Part shown: in pieces, positions 10,807-20,908 of the stretch
Position numbering within the stretch: the first letter of the stretch is position 1
Layout of the letters: each line of letters begins with the position of its first letter
NCBI GenBank assembly: GCA_023819255.1
Contig: JAMWBU010000005.1
Coordinates: 1,657-65,656 of the forward strand
Length of the DNA: 64,000 nt
Direction: 5' to 3'
Source: Candidatus Omnitrophota bacterium
GTDB taxonomy: Bacteria; Ratteibacteria; UBA8468; B48-G9; DTJG01
Notes under the pieces: generated by a model
Database searches by the model: none
What the model was told of the DNA's origin: nothing
The model's input: only the letters and a program-made list of their open reading frames with translations
Made by a program: the position numbers and the translations under genes

Positions 10807-11769
10807 ATGCAAAAAGTATTCAATTTTTCTCCGTCAGAATTTTTGCCATTTAAGGATGTGAAGGTAATTGAAAGAGTGCGAAAAATCAAAAAAAAGGACA
10901 TCTGCAAGCACCCCAACAAAAATTTTAAAATTCGCGTCATAGAAGATCAGACAGCGTTTGTTTTTGCCTGGGCTCTTCACATTGTTGGCGGAATAAAGAA
11001 ATCCCTTGAAGAAGGGAAACATCATGTAATAATTCTGCCTGCGCCAAATCCACAGTACGCGCTTGTTGCTGAAATGATCAATCAATTAAATATTTCGTGC
11101 AAACATGTACACACTTTTAATATGGATGAGTACGCCGATGAAAATGGAAATACAGCTCCAAAAGATTGGAAAGGCGGTTTCCAGTACTGGATGTGGCACG
11201 ATTTCTTTAATCGAATAAGGCCTGAACTGAGGATGCCTGAAAAACAAATACATTTTCCGAGCACAAAGAATGTCCAGTATTACAGCAAGATGATTGAAGA
11301 TCTCGGCGGAGCAGATATCTGTTATGGAGGCATTGGCTGGTGCGGACACATTGCATTTTTTGAGCCGCATCTCGGAATTGATTATGTCAATAACTTAGAA
11401 GGTTATCTCAAACTCGGCTCAAGGATTGTTGAACTTCATCCAATAACATTGTGTCAGAACAGTCTGTTTGCTGATGCAGGTTGTTCAGGAGACATTGCTG
11501 CGTGCCCGCCAAAAGCCGCAACAATAGGCCCCAGAGACTTGAAGAATTCAAAGCTTGTAAGTTTCTGGAATGGCTTTTCATACGGAGATGTTTCCTGGCA
11601 GAGATTTATCTCACGGCTTGCTGCGCATGGGCCGGTAAGTCCGCTTGTTCCAGCCAGTATCCTTCAAATCCTAAATAGCGAACTTACACTTTCAGGCAGT
11701 GTCGCAGAGGATTGTAAGACAGAAACAGGAGAAAGAAGAATACCCATCCAGTTTCCGGAGAAAAACTAA
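10807..11769 (+). CDS. Glucosamine-6-phosphate deaminase / 6-phosphogluconolactonase (NagB) family protein
   Basis: 320 aa. The FNMDEY motif and surrounding Rossmann-like pattern are typical of NagB/Pgl sugar-phosphate isomerase-deaminases. RBS GGAGG upstream. Confidence 0.6.
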   Translation: MQKVFNFSPSEFLPFKDVKVIERVRKIKKKDICKHPNKNFKIRVIEDQTAFVFAWALHIVGGIKKSLEEGKHHVIILPAPNPQYALVAEMINQLNISCKHVHTFNMDEYADENGNTAPKDWKGGFQYWMWHDFFNRIRPELRMPEKQIHFPSTKNVQYYSKMIEDLGGADICYGGIGWCGHIAFFEPHLGIDYVNNLEGYLKLGSRIVELHPITLCQNSLFADAGCSGDIAACPPKAATIGPRDLKNSKLVSFWNGFSYGDVSWQRFISRLAAHGPVSPLVPASILQILNSELTLSGSVAEDCKTETGERRIPIQFPEKN

Positions 11770-12776
11770 TGAAAAAACATTTGAAAGGAAAAATAATAGA
11801 CGCACACTCTCATGCTGGAGTATCTCTAAAAGCGTATATGAATATGGAATATCCATATGCTGAAACCATTGAAGGCATTGCTTTCAGACAGGAAAGATAC
11901 GGAATTGACGCCAATTTCGTTTTTCCTTTTTCTCCTGACCTTTTTTTTGACATCAATTTCCTTAAAAAAGGTATATGCAAACCATCAGGAAAACCGGTGT
12001 CAGATGTTCCCTATGCAATCGAGAATGAACTCTTATTAAAAGAAATCTATGAGTTCTGCCCTGAATACAATGGAAGATTTATTCCATTTGTCTCTGTGGA
12101 CCCTGTGAGAGAAATTAAAAAGCAGGTTGTGAATATTTTAAAACTTGAAAAAAAATATAGGATATTCGGGATCAAGATTGTCCCTGTGATATGTCAATCA
12201 AGTATTCTTGGCCTGCTCAAAACTGGGAAGGCCTTTATTGAAATAGCAAAAGAAAGAAACTGGCCTTTCACAATACACACAACAGTACATTCAGCAGAAA
12301 ATTTTTCCCACGCATCAGCAGTTTTTAAGGTTATTGAAAAAAATCCGGATGTGAGGTTCTGCCTGGCTCACTGCATTGGATTTGATAAAAATTATCTGAA
12401 AATGGCTGATAGCATGGAAAATGTATGGGTCGATACATCAGCCCTTACAATTCAGGTACAACTTACGAGAGAAAACCATCCCATCGCAGCCCCGGAGAAT
12501 GAAAGGTTTGATGCCGACTATTCAGATCACAAAAAGGTGTTAAGCTCTCTTGTCGATGCCTTCCCTGAAACCATTGTCTGGGGCACTGATACCCCTGCAT
12601 ATTCTTACATAGCAAGAAGAAAACAGGGAAAAACGAAAGATTCATATGTTGAAACATGGCTTAAAGCCACATACAGAGATGAAATTGACGCCTTGAGAAG
12701 TCTTCCGAGAAATCTTATTTTGAAGATTGCGAACGAAAACACGCTCAATTTTTTATTTGGCCTGGCAGATGATTAA
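11769..12776 (+). CDS. Amidohydrolase-2 (TIM-barrel metal-dependent hydrolase) family protein
   Basis: 335 aa. N-terminal IIDAHSHAG metal-binding HxH motif, later HC..F and D residues. Family includes sugar lactonases and decarboxylases. Start overlaps the stop of the upstream gene. Confidence 0.6.
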   Translation: MKKHLKGKIIDAHSHAGVSLKAYMNMEYPYAETIEGIAFRQERYGIDANFVFPFSPDLFFDINFLKKGICKPSGKPVSDVPYAIENELLLKEIYEFCPEYNGRFIPFVSVDPVREIKKQVVNILKLEKKYRIFGIKIVPVICQSSILGLLKTGKAFIEIAKERNWPFTIHTTVHSAENFSHASAVFKVIEKNPDVRFCLAHCIGFDKNYLKMADSMENVWVDTSALTIQVQLTRENHPIAAPENERFDADYSDHKKVLSSLVDAFPETIVWGTDTPAYSYIARRKQGKTKDSYVETWLKATYRDEIDALRSLPRNLILKIANENTLNFLFGLADD

Positions 12777-14034
12777 ACTGAAATACGGAAAAAGTGGTAT
12801 AGAGCTTAATTATCCAGCGAATTTTGTTGTTTTTGAAGGAAATGATATTTCAGGGATTGAAAATCCTGAAGAAAAAATCAGATGGTCATTGAAAAATCCT
12901 GTCGGATGTCCACCACTTTCCAAAATTGTAAGAAAGAAAAGAATTGAAAAAATATGTATTGTTATTTCTGATCACACAAGGGCTGTGCCGAATAAGATCA
13001 TACTTCCTGTAATTATTGAAACTTTGAAATTTGCTGGAATACCTGATGAAAAGATATTCATACTGATAGGAAACGGCACCCATAGAAGCACGACTGAAGA
13101 AGAAAAGATTGAACTTGCTGGCAAAGAAATTGTTGAAAGGTTTCCAATTTATGACCATTGCTCAACAGACGATTCAATGATAGTAAGGATTGAAAACACT
13201 GATTTTTATGTGAACAAAAGATATCTTGATGCAGACCTGAAAATAGTAACAGGTATGATTGAGCCACATTTTTTTGCTGGATTTTCTGGTGGAAGAAAAG
13301 GTGTTTGTCCTGGGATTGCCGGATATCAATCAATAAAAATATTCCATGGAGCCAGGTTTCTCGAACATCCGAATACAAAGCCAGGAATTCTCGAAAACAA
13401 TCCCTGTCATATATTTGCGACTGAATTTGCAAGAAAAACTGGCATTGATTTCCTTGTAAATGTGACAATAAATAAAAAAGGTGAAATTACAGGAATTTTT
13501 TCTGGAGATTTTGAAAAAGCATTTATGAAAGGAGTCGAGTTTTGCAAAAGTTCCACCACAGTTTTCTCTGAGAAAAAATACAAAATTGTCATTACAACAA
13601 ACGGTGGATACCCGCTTGACAGAGATTTTTATCAGTCTGTAAAAGGAATGGTGACCGCCCTTGAAATAGTGGAAGAAGGTGGCATTATCATCAGCGCAGC
13701 AGAATGTTGCGACGGGGTTGGAAGCGCAAATTTCAAAAAACTTCTGTACGGAATGCAGAAAACCGAAGATTTTATGAAAATGATAATGCAGCCAGGTTAT
13801 TTTCATGACCTCCAGTGGGGAGTGCAACCACTGGTTCATGTAATTGACAGGGCACGCGTATTTCTGGTCTCAACCCTTTCAGAAAAAGATGCAAGTTTGT
13901 GCAAAGTAATTCCTTTTAAAGACATAGATCAGGCAATCAGGGCTGCACTTGATGAATATGGAAAAGAAACTGAAATCGCTGTGATACCGGACGGTCCATA
14001 TACAATTGTTCAATTAAAAAAGGAAAACTTATGA
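12727..14034 (+). CDS. LarA-like (lactate racemase N-terminal domain, DUF2088) nickel-pincer-cofactor-dependent 2-hydroxyacid racemase/epimerase homolog
   Basis: 435 aa. Conserved DHTR and GNGTHR motifs of the LarA family N-domain and overall LarA-like length. An upstream in-frame ATG overlaps the previous gene; the true start may be a downstream Met. Confidence 0.6.
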   Translation: MRTKTRSIFYLAWQMIKLKYGKSGIELNYPANFVVFEGNDISGIENPEEKIRWSLKNPVGCPPLSKIVRKKRIEKICIVISDHTRAVPNKIILPVIIETLKFAGIPDEKIFILIGNGTHRSTTEEEKIELAGKEIVERFPIYDHCSTDDSMIVRIENTDFYVNKRYLDADLKIVTGMIEPHFFAGFSGGRKGVCPGIAGYQSIKIFHGARFLEHPNTKPGILENNPCHIFATEFARKTGIDFLVNVTINKKGEITGIFSGDFEKAFMKGVEFCKSSTTVFSEKKYKIVITTNGGYPLDRDFYQSVKGMVTALEIVEEGGIIISAAECCDGVGSANFKKLLYGMQKTEDFMKMIMQPGYFHDLQWGVQPLVHVIDRARVFLVSTLSEKDASLCKVIPFKDIDQAIRAALDEYGKETEIAVIPDGPYTIVQLKKENL

Positions 14035-15098
14035 ATGATTGGGGATTTTCACCTGATTTTGAAAATTTAAGAAATACTCTTCTGTGGGAAAAAAATTATC
14101 GTGTGCCAAATATGGAGTTTGTTATTGACAGGGAGATAAAAGAAGCCTATTTAAAAAAAGAAGTAAATTCAGTCAAAGAAGAGATTGAATTCAGGCATAG
14201 AGCCGGCTATGACTACATCTGGATAAGTAAGGGAATGGTGGATCCTGCTGGAACTGTTAATAAAGAACTTGTGATGGACGATCCAGCCAAACACTTCAAA
14301 GGAAAAGACATAAGGGTCTGGGCAGAAGAACATACCGGAATTATAAGAACAGAAAAGGATATTGAACAATTTCCATGGCCGGATATTAAGAAAACTGATT
14401 TTTCTGACTTTGAATTTGCAGAGAAGAATTTACCTGATGGAATGAAGGTTTTCGGGGTTTGCGGAAAAATATTTGTTGCAACATGGATGTTACTCGGCTT
14501 TGAAAACTTTGTGATGCTTAGCGTGGAAAAACCAGAATTTGTTGACCATCTGATAAATATAATTGGTGAAACCCAGGTAAGGTTCTGTGAAAAAATGCTT
14601 GAGTTTGAATGCGTTGGCGGAATATGGATTCCAGATGATATTGCCTATAGAACAGGGACCATAATGCCGCCAAAATGGCTTGGAGAAAAGATATTTCCGT
14701 ATTATAAAAGGATGTCAAAAATGATAAAGGATGCAGGAAAATTGTTCCTGTATCACTCTGATGGAAACCTCTACGAAATGCTTGACATCATAATTGACGC
14801 GGGATTTAACGCGCTGCATCCGATTGAACCTGAATCTATGGATATTCAGGAATTAAGAAAAAAAGTTGGTAAAAAGATCGCACTTATCGGAAACATCCGG
14901 GTTCACACCCTTGCAACAGGCACAAAACAGGAAATACAGGCGCTTACAATGGACAGAATCAAAAAATATGGAATGGAAGGCGGTTATGCTGTTGGCTCAA
15001 GTAATTCAGTTCCTAATTATGTACCGCTTGAAAATTATCTTACGATGCTTGAAACAAACGCGAAACATGGGTGGATAAAAGATAAGGAGGTACCGTGA
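14031..15098 (+). CDS. URO-D-like family protein (third paralog)
   Basis: 355 aa. HSDGN...DAGFNALHPIEPESMD pattern of the uroporphyrinogen decarboxylase/MtaA fold. Translationally coupled to the LarA-like gene. Confidence 0.55.
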   Translation: MNDWGFSPDFENLRNTLLWEKNYRVPNMEFVIDREIKEAYLKKEVNSVKEEIEFRHRAGYDYIWISKGMVDPAGTVNKELVMDDPAKHFKGKDIRVWAEEHTGIIRTEKDIEQFPWPDIKKTDFSDFEFAEKNLPDGMKVFGVCGKIFVATWMLLGFENFVMLSVEKPEFVDHLINIIGETQVRFCEKMLEFECVGGIWIPDDIAYRTGTIMPPKWLGEKIFPYYKRMSKMIKDAGKLFLYHSDGNLYEMLDIIIDAGFNALHPIEPESMDIQELRKKVGKKIALIGNIRVHTLATGTKQEIQALTMDRIKKYGMEGGYAVGSSNSVPNYVPLENYLTMLETNAKHGWIKDKEVP

Positions 15099-16156
15099 TC
15101 AGGATTGAAAACCCTTCAAAAAAAGAATATGAAAACATAATGCAATTCCTTGAAGAATCTTTTGACCATTCAAGAGGATTTTTTTATCGGTCGTTTCCGC
15201 AGGTTATGTCAAAAGAAACCCTTGATTACGACAACATTTTTATCATCAGGCAGAACAAAAGGATCGCCTCTTTAATCGGCATATACCCGCAAAATGTTGT
15301 GTTAAACGGAAGGGAAACAACAATTGGTGGTATAGGAAGCGTATCAACCCATCCTGATTTTAGAAACAAAGGATATATGAAGATATTGATGGACTTTTGC
15401 ATAGAAGAGATGAAAAGAAGAAATTATTCATTTTCAATTCTCGGAGGCGATAGACAGCGTTATAACTTCTGGGGATATGAAACATGCGGCGCAAATGCTG
15501 TATTTACCTTCAGTCAGAGAGCCTTTGAAAAAACAGGAATAACCAGCACTGTTTTAGTTTCCAGGTATGACGGCTCGATTGAAACACTTCAAGATATAAA
15601 AGAAGCTCATGAAAAATTTCCATGCTATATTGAAAGAACAATACCGTGGTATAAAAAAGTTTTTGATGAAAGAATACATACCCAGCTTTATTATACAAGA
15701 ATCAGAAACAGTTTTGCATATGCGGTCGCAGTTGGAGAAAGGACGGAAAGAACTATTGTAGAAATTGGCGGAGACAGCAACCTCTGGTGTTCTTTGATAA
15801 ACCAGCTACTTAAAAGATGGAATGCAAACGAAATTAGTGTTAATTTCCCGGCAAACATACCTGAAACAAATGTTTTATTGAAACATGCCAGCAGGTTCAC
15901 TATAGGACCCTTTTTTATGATAAAAATTCTCTCCCTCAAGGACACGATGGATTTTCTTTTCGGAAAGGATTTTGAAAATGAATATCTTGCGAAAATCACT
16001 GAAACAAAAGAAATTGCAGGAAAAGGCAAAAAGCTGGTAGAGCTTGACGAGAAAAAGTGGGTAAGGATTCTTTTCGGTCCCTTTTCTTTAGATACACCTG
16101 ATTTTTTGAAGAAAAAACAATCTCAGTTTTACTGGTGGTTTTTAGATCACATCTAA
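15095..16156 (+). CDS. GNAT family N-acetyltransferase (Eis-like, extended C-terminal domain)
   Basis: 353 aa. Acetyl-CoA binding-like segment (IGGIGSVSTHPDFRNKGYMKILM) in the N-terminal half. Last gene of the 10.8-16.2 kb operon. Confidence 0.5.
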   Translation: MIRIENPSKKEYENIMQFLEESFDHSRGFFYRSFPQVMSKETLDYDNIFIIRQNKRIASLIGIYPQNVVLNGRETTIGGIGSVSTHPDFRNKGYMKILMDFCIEEMKRRNYSFSILGGDRQRYNFWGYETCGANAVFTFSQRAFEKTGITSTVLVSRYDGSIETLQDIKEAHEKFPCYIERTIPWYKKVFDERIHTQLYYTRIRNSFAYAVAVGERTERTIVEIGGDSNLWCSLINQLLKRWNANEISVNFPANIPETNVLLKHASRFTIGPFFMIKILSLKDTMDFLFGKDFENEYLAKITETKEIAGKGKKLVELDEKKWVRILFGPFSLDTPDFLKKKQSQFYWWFLDHI

Positions 16157-17379
16157 TGTTCTGAAACAGGATATCCTATTGAAGCAAGCATTCGCGTTAT
16201 TTCTTCTCTGTTTGAAAGCTCACTGCAAATCTTCACCCTTTTTTTCTTTACATCCACATCAACAATCTTCACTCCCTCAACAGAAGAGATTCTGTCTTGT
16301 ATTTTCTTTGCGCAATTAGCGCAGGAAATCTCAGGAACATTAAAAACATAACAGTGTCCATACTTCTGCCTCACAGAAAATTTTTTTCTGGCCTCAGTTA
16401 TCATAAAATAAACCGCAAATCCGATAAGGATTAATGCTGATATGTATGAAACCAGAAGGAAATTGTTGTGTCTGTGTTGTGTTTCAAAAATACTGATACC
16501 ATAATTACTCACAATCGCATCCAGTCCAATAGCCGATAATAATGAAATGCCAACAATTACGATGATATAGATTATAAAACTCTTTATTCCGAGTGTTCTA
16601 GCGATAAAAAACATGGTAACTGTATTTGTCGCAGGCCCTGTTATTAAAAACACAAGTGCGGCGCCAGGACTTATTCCTTTTGCAATCAAGGATGCTGCAA
16701 TTGGTATCGAGCCTGTCGCACATACATAAAGAGGGACCCCAACAACAAGCATTAACAGGTATGTTAGGTATCTGCTGTCCAGATGGCCCGATAAAAACCG
16801 GTCAGGAACAATGTATGATATTATTCCTCCTATAAGCACTCCCCAGAATATCCATTTTGCTATTGAGCCGTATATTTCTGTGAAAGCATATTTCAATCCG
16901 CCAGCAATTGTTGTTTTCGAACAGGAAAAATTACCCTGTTCAGGTTGTTTTTCAGCGTTTTTCTTTTCTTTTGAAAAAATGTCAACAAGGATCCCGGCCA
17001 CAATGCCAATCAAAACACTTGCAATTATTCTGCAAAACATAAAAAATCCCCCAAGAAGTCCATATGTTGCAAATATTGAATCAATGCCTGTGACAGGGGT
17101 TGAACTTAAGAAAGCGACAACAGAACCCTTGCTTGCTCCTGACTTATAAAAAGTTGCCGCAGGAGGAAGAACACCGCAAGAACAAAGTGGAAGAGGAACT
17201 CCAAATATTACGGCTTTCACAATAGGCAGTATGCCCTTTCCTCCAAGATGCTTCAGGATAATTTCTGGCTTGAAAAAAGCGGAAATAATGCCAGACACAA
17301 CAAAACCGAGCAAAAGATAAAAACTCATCTGTAAAAACAGATTCCATGTTTCCTTAACAATTCCGAAGATCAAGTCCAC
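16153..17379 (-). CDS. SO_0444-family permease with C-terminal heavy-metal-associated (HMA) domain (putative Cu/Zn efflux)
   Basis: 408 aa, multi-TM. C-terminal CANCAKKIQDRISSVEGV...VDVKKKRVKICS is an HMA CxxC metal-binding domain. Confidence 0.65.
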   Translation of the reverse strand: MDLIFGIVKETWNLFLQMSFYLLLGFVVSGIISAFFKPEIILKHLGGKGILPIVKAVIFGVPLPLCSCGVLPPAATFYKSGASKGSVVAFLSSTPVTGIDSIFATYGLLGGFFMFCRIIASVLIGIVAGILVDIFSKEKKNAEKQPEQGNFSCSKTTIAGGLKYAFTEIYGSIAKWIFWGVLIGGIISYIVPDRFLSGHLDSRYLTYLLMLVVGVPLYVCATGSIPIAASLIAKGISPGAALVFLITGPATNTVTMFFIARTLGIKSFIIYIIVIVGISLLSAIGLDAIVSNYGISIFETQHRHNNFLLVSYISALILIGFAVYFMITEARKKFSVRQKYGHCYVFNVPEISCANCAKKIQDRISSVEGVKIVDVDVKKKRVKICSELSNREEITRMLASIGYPVSEH

Positions 17380-17383
17380 TGGT

Positions 17384-18193
17384 TTATGATGAAGTTATTG
17401 AAATGTTCATACTGCCTGTTCTGTATCCTTCGAGATCTAAACTGATACAGGCGTAGCCTATTTCTTTCAGGACCTTTATTATTTTTTTCCTTATATTAAC
17501 AATTTTTGCGATATCATCCGGAGAAACTTCTATTCTGCACATTTTATCATAATCTCTCACTCTCACTTCTAAAAAACCGATTCTTCTTAAATATTCTTCA
17601 GCCCTGCAAATTCTTTCCAACCTCTCTTTTGTGATTTTTTCACCGTATGGAATCCTTGAAGCAAGGCAAGCCATCTGCGGCTTATTCCATGTTGGAAGTC
17701 CCATCTTTTTTGACAGTTCCCTTATATCTTTTTTCCTGAATTCAGCAATCTGCAGTGGCGAAATAACTCCAAACATTGATTTTGCCTTATTTCCAGGCCG
17801 ATAATCAGAGATATCGTCAAAATTTGAACCATCAGCAATAGCATTAAAACCCTCTTTTTTCGCAACAGACGCAAGGCGCGAAAATAAATCCTTTTTGCAA
17901 TAAAAACATCTATCGACAGGGTTTTTTGTAAAGGTTTTATCAGCCAGCTTTTTAGAATTATAGATAAAAACCTTTACACCGAGCGCCCGCGCAAAATCCT
18001 CTGCAAATTTGACCTCATTTTCAGAATAGAGCTCTGCTTTTTCAATAAAAGCACCAACATTTTCTGCTCCAAGACAATCTACAGAGAATCTCATAAGGAA
18101 TGTGCTATCAACTCCTCCAGAATAAGCGATAAGAATTTTCCTGCTTTTTTTCAGGATTTTTTCAAGTTTCTTTTTTTTTTCACCGATATTCAT
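17384..18193 (-). CDS. LarE-like PP-loop ATP-dependent sulfur transferase (TIGR00268 family)
   Basis: 269 aa. PP-loop SGGVDS motif (ILIAYSGGVDSTFL). Cys-rich segment DRCFYCKK plus a downstream Cys (MACLASR) resembling the [4Fe-4S]-binding LarE subclass. Confidence 0.6.
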   Translation of the reverse strand: MNIGEKKKKLEKILKKSRKILIAYSGGVDSTFLMRFSVDCLGAENVGAFIEKAELYSENEVKFAEDFARALGVKVFIYNSKKLADKTFTKNPVDRCFYCKKDLFSRLASVAKKEGFNAIADGSNFDDISDYRPGNKAKSMFGVISPLQIAEFRKKDIRELSKKMGLPTWNKPQMACLASRIPYGEKITKERLERICRAEEYLRRIGFLEVRVRDYDKMCRIEVSPDDIAKIVNIRKKIIKVLKEIGYACISLDLEGYRTGSMNISITSS

Positions 18194-18432
18194 TCTTCAA
18201 CATTCACAACTTCTTTAATCTCAGGAACCCTGTCCTTTATAATTTTTTCAACCCTCATTTTCAATGTTAACTGAGCAAAAGGACAGCCTGCGCAACTTCC
18301 TGTTAGTTTCACCTTTGCGGTATCGCCTGAAACCTCAATAAGCTCACAGTCTCCGCCTTCCATCTGAAGAAAACACCTTATTTCCTTCAATGCCTCTTCC
18401 ACCTTTGTTTTCACTTCCTGATTTGAAGTCAT
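18190..18432 (-). CDS. NifU-like (Nfu) Fe-S cluster carrier domain protein
   Basis: 80 aa. GSCAGCP motif of the NifU C-terminal/Nfu domain. Confidence 0.7.
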   Translation of the reverse strand: MTSNQEVKTKVEEALKEIRCFLQMEGGDCELIEVSGDTAKVKLTGSCAGCPFAQLTLKMRVEKIIKDRVPEIKEVVNVEE

Positions 18433-18447
18433 CAGTCCTCCTTCTGG

Positions 18448-18825
18448 TTAATGTTTTGCCCTTTGTTTCTCTCTATAGTCATTGATTGCGGCGCGAAGTC
18501 CCTGTTCTGCAAGAAGAGAACAGTGTTTCTTCAATGGCGGGAGACCCTCAAGAACATCTACGACATCCTGATTGGTAATCTTTTCCGCTTCTTCAAGGGT
18601 TTTTCCTCTGGCAAGTTCCGTGATCACAGAACTTGTTGCAACAGCAGCTCCGCAGCCAAATGTCTCAAACTTGATGTCTGCAATCCTGTCATCTCTAACC
18701 TTTATATAAATCCACATAACATCTCCACATACAGGATTTCCCACTTTTCCTATTCCATCCGCGTTCTCTATTCTTCCCATATTTCTCGGGTTTTTAAAGT
18801 GATCAAGAAGTTTTTCGCTGTACAT
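18448..18825 (-). CDS. iscU: Fe-S cluster assembly scaffold IscU/NifU N-terminal type
   Basis: 125 aa. YSEKLLDHFKNPRNMG...GNPVCGD...FETFGCGAA conserved Cys/Asp pattern of the U-type scaffold. Confidence 0.8.
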   Translation of the reverse strand: MYSEKLLDHFKNPRNMGRIENADGIGKVGNPVCGDVMWIYIKVRDDRIADIKFETFGCGAAVATSSVITELARGKTLEEAEKITNQDVVDVLEGLPPLKKHCSLLAEQGLRAAINDYREKQRAKH

Positions 18826-18834
18826 TTTTTCTCC

Positions 18835-19734
18835 TTATACATATTTAAGCATTGCGTCGAGAGCGCTGCGCGCCTTTTTAATAACATTTTCTGAAAGAAC
18901 AATTTCATCTGTTTCATTTTCCAGACAGTCTTTTAATTTTTCAAGTGTTGTTTTTTTCATGTTAAAGCAAACTCTGGCTGATCCAAGAGAAAAAAATTCT
19001 TTATACGGATTTTCCTTCTTCAACCTGTGTATCAGCCCTTCTTCTGTGCCTATAATAAATATTTTTGAATCTGAAATTTTTGCCCTTTTCAGCATGCCTG
19101 ATGTTGAAAGCACAAAATCCGCCGCCTCCTGAACTTCAGGATTGCATTCCGGGTGAACCATTATTTCCGCATCAGTATATTTTTTTCTTGCCAGTTTTAA
19201 ATCCTGTATTGTAAATTGTCTGTGAACAAAACAGTACCCATCCCACAGAATCAATTTTTTTTCAGGAACCTGTTTCTGAACAAAATAACCAAGATTCCTG
19301 TCAGGTAGAAAAATTACTGTGTCTGAAGGAATATTTTTAACAACCGTAGCCGCATTCGATGAAGTGCAGCAAACATCAGAAATCGCTTTTACATCAGCTG
19401 AAGTATTCACATATGAAACAACCGGAACATCAGGATTTTTTTCTTTTAATTTCATCACATCTTCAACCCTTGCCATATCCGCAAGAGGACAACCCGCATC
19501 AAAGGCGGGCAAAAAAACCTTTTTTCCTGGATTTAAAATTTTTGCTGTCTCTGCCATGAATCTTACACCACAAAAAATGATAAGACCAGAATCTGTTATT
19601 TCCGTTGCTTTTCTTGCAAGCTCAAGACTGTCCCCAACAAAATCCGCTACATCCTGTATTTCTGGCAATTGATAATTATGCGCCAGAATCACAGCATTTT
19701 TCTTCTCTTTGATTTTTCTTATTTCATCTATCAT
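18835..19734 (-). CDS. nadA: Quinolinate synthase NadA
   Basis: 299 aa. N-terminal KNAVILAHNYQLPEIQDVADFVGDSLELA and internal repeats typical of NadA. Confidence 0.85.
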   Translation of the reverse strand: MIDEIRKIKEKKNAVILAHNYQLPEIQDVADFVGDSLELARKATEITDSGLIIFCGVRFMAETAKILNPGKKVFLPAFDAGCPLADMARVEDVMKLKEKNPDVPVVSYVNTSADVKAISDVCCTSSNAATVVKNIPSDTVIFLPDRNLGYFVQKQVPEKKLILWDGYCFVHRQFTIQDLKLARKKYTDAEIMVHPECNPEVQEAADFVLSTSGMLKRAKISDSKIFIIGTEEGLIHRLKKENPYKEFFSLGSARVCFNMKKTTLEKLKDCLENETDEIVLSENVIKKARSALDAMLKYV

Positions 19735-19735
19735 C

Positions 19736-20896
19736 TTATTTTTTGTTCCAGAAAGGAGACATCTTCCTTAACTTCTCAACAATTTCAGGTAATACATCTG
19801 CGGTTTTCTCAATATCAGCCATTGTATTGGACCTACCAAGGCTGAATCTTAAAGAGCCATGCGCAACCTCTGGCGGAATACCAAGCGCAAGAAGCACGTG
19901 AGACGGCTCCAGAGAACCAGAGGTACAGGCAGAGCCAGAAGATACGCATATTCCTTCAAAATCAAGATGCAAAAGCATGCTTTCGCCCTCAACATATTTA
20001 ACGCAAATGTTGAGCGTGTTATAAAGACGCTTTTCAGGGTGTCCATTAACAATGATTTCAGGTATTCTTTCAACAAGTTTCTTTTCAAGCTCATCCCTGA
20101 GAATTTTTTCTTTTGATGAATCCTGAGCCATTTTTTCCTCAGCGATCTCGCACGCTTTCCCAAGTCCGACCATAGCAGGGACATTCTCTGTTCCCGGCCT
20201 CAAACCCTTTTCCTGATGTCCGCCATAAAAAACGGGCTTAAATTTTACTCCTTTTCTCACATAAAGAGCCCCTATTCCTTTTGGTCCGTAAAACTTGTGT
20301 CCTGACAGTGAAAAAAAGTCCACATTTAATTTTTTTACAGACACAGGAATTTTTCCTGCCACCTGAACCCCATCGCAGTGGAAAACAATATTATTTTCTT
20401 TCGCGATTTTTCCAATTTGCTCAATGGGTTCGATTGTTCCAATTTCATTGTTCGCAGCCATTATCGAAATAAGCATTGTTTTCTCATTTATTGCTTTTCT
20501 CACATCGTCAGGATCAATAATTCCATACCTGTCTACTGGAAGATAGGTCACCTGAAAGCCCATATTTTTTTCAAGAAACTTGCAAACATTCAGCACAGCA
20601 TGGTGTTCAATCAGCGAAGTTATGATGTGGTTGCCTCTGTTTTTCAAAAGCAATGCAGTGCCGATAATTGCGATATTGTTGCTTTCTGTTCCACCTGATG
20701 TAAAAATTATTTCTTCAGATGAAGCATCAAGCAATCTTGCCACCTTTTTCCTCGCATCCTCAACTGCCTCTTTTGCTCTTTGAGAGGCGGTGTAGATAGA
20801 AGAGGGATTAAAAAACATTTCAGTAAACCATTTTTTCATTTCCTCAAGCACAACCGGATCGCAGGGAGTTGTCGCATTATGGTCAAGATATATCAT
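19736..20896 (-). CDS. Cysteine desulfurase (NifS/IscS class, PLP-dependent)
   Basis: 386 aa. MIYLDHNATTP start, PLP-lysine region SLSGHKFYGPKG, active-site loop SSGSACTSG. Confidence 0.85.
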   Translation of the reverse strand: MIYLDHNATTPCDPVVLEEMKKWFTEMFFNPSSIYTASQRAKEAVEDARKKVARLLDASSEEIIFTSGGTESNNIAIIGTALLLKNRGNHIITSLIEHHAVLNVCKFLEKNMGFQVTYLPVDRYGIIDPDDVRKAINEKTMLISIMAANNEIGTIEPIEQIGKIAKENNIVFHCDGVQVAGKIPVSVKKLNVDFFSLSGHKFYGPKGIGALYVRKGVKFKPVFYGGHQEKGLRPGTENVPAMVGLGKACEIAEEKMAQDSSKEKILRDELEKKLVERIPEIIVNGHPEKRLYNTLNICVKYVEGESMLLHLDFEGICVSSGSACTSGSLEPSHVLLALGIPPEVAHGSLRFSLGRSNTMADIEKTADVLPEIVEKLRKMSPFWNKK

Positions 20897-20908
20897 TTTG
20901 GTTCCTTT

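Noticed and set aside
13058-13839. Minus-strand ORFs inside the LarA-like gene (13058..13468, 13330..13839)
   Set aside because: Overlap a coding region with a clear family signature on the other strand. Composition-driven artefacts.
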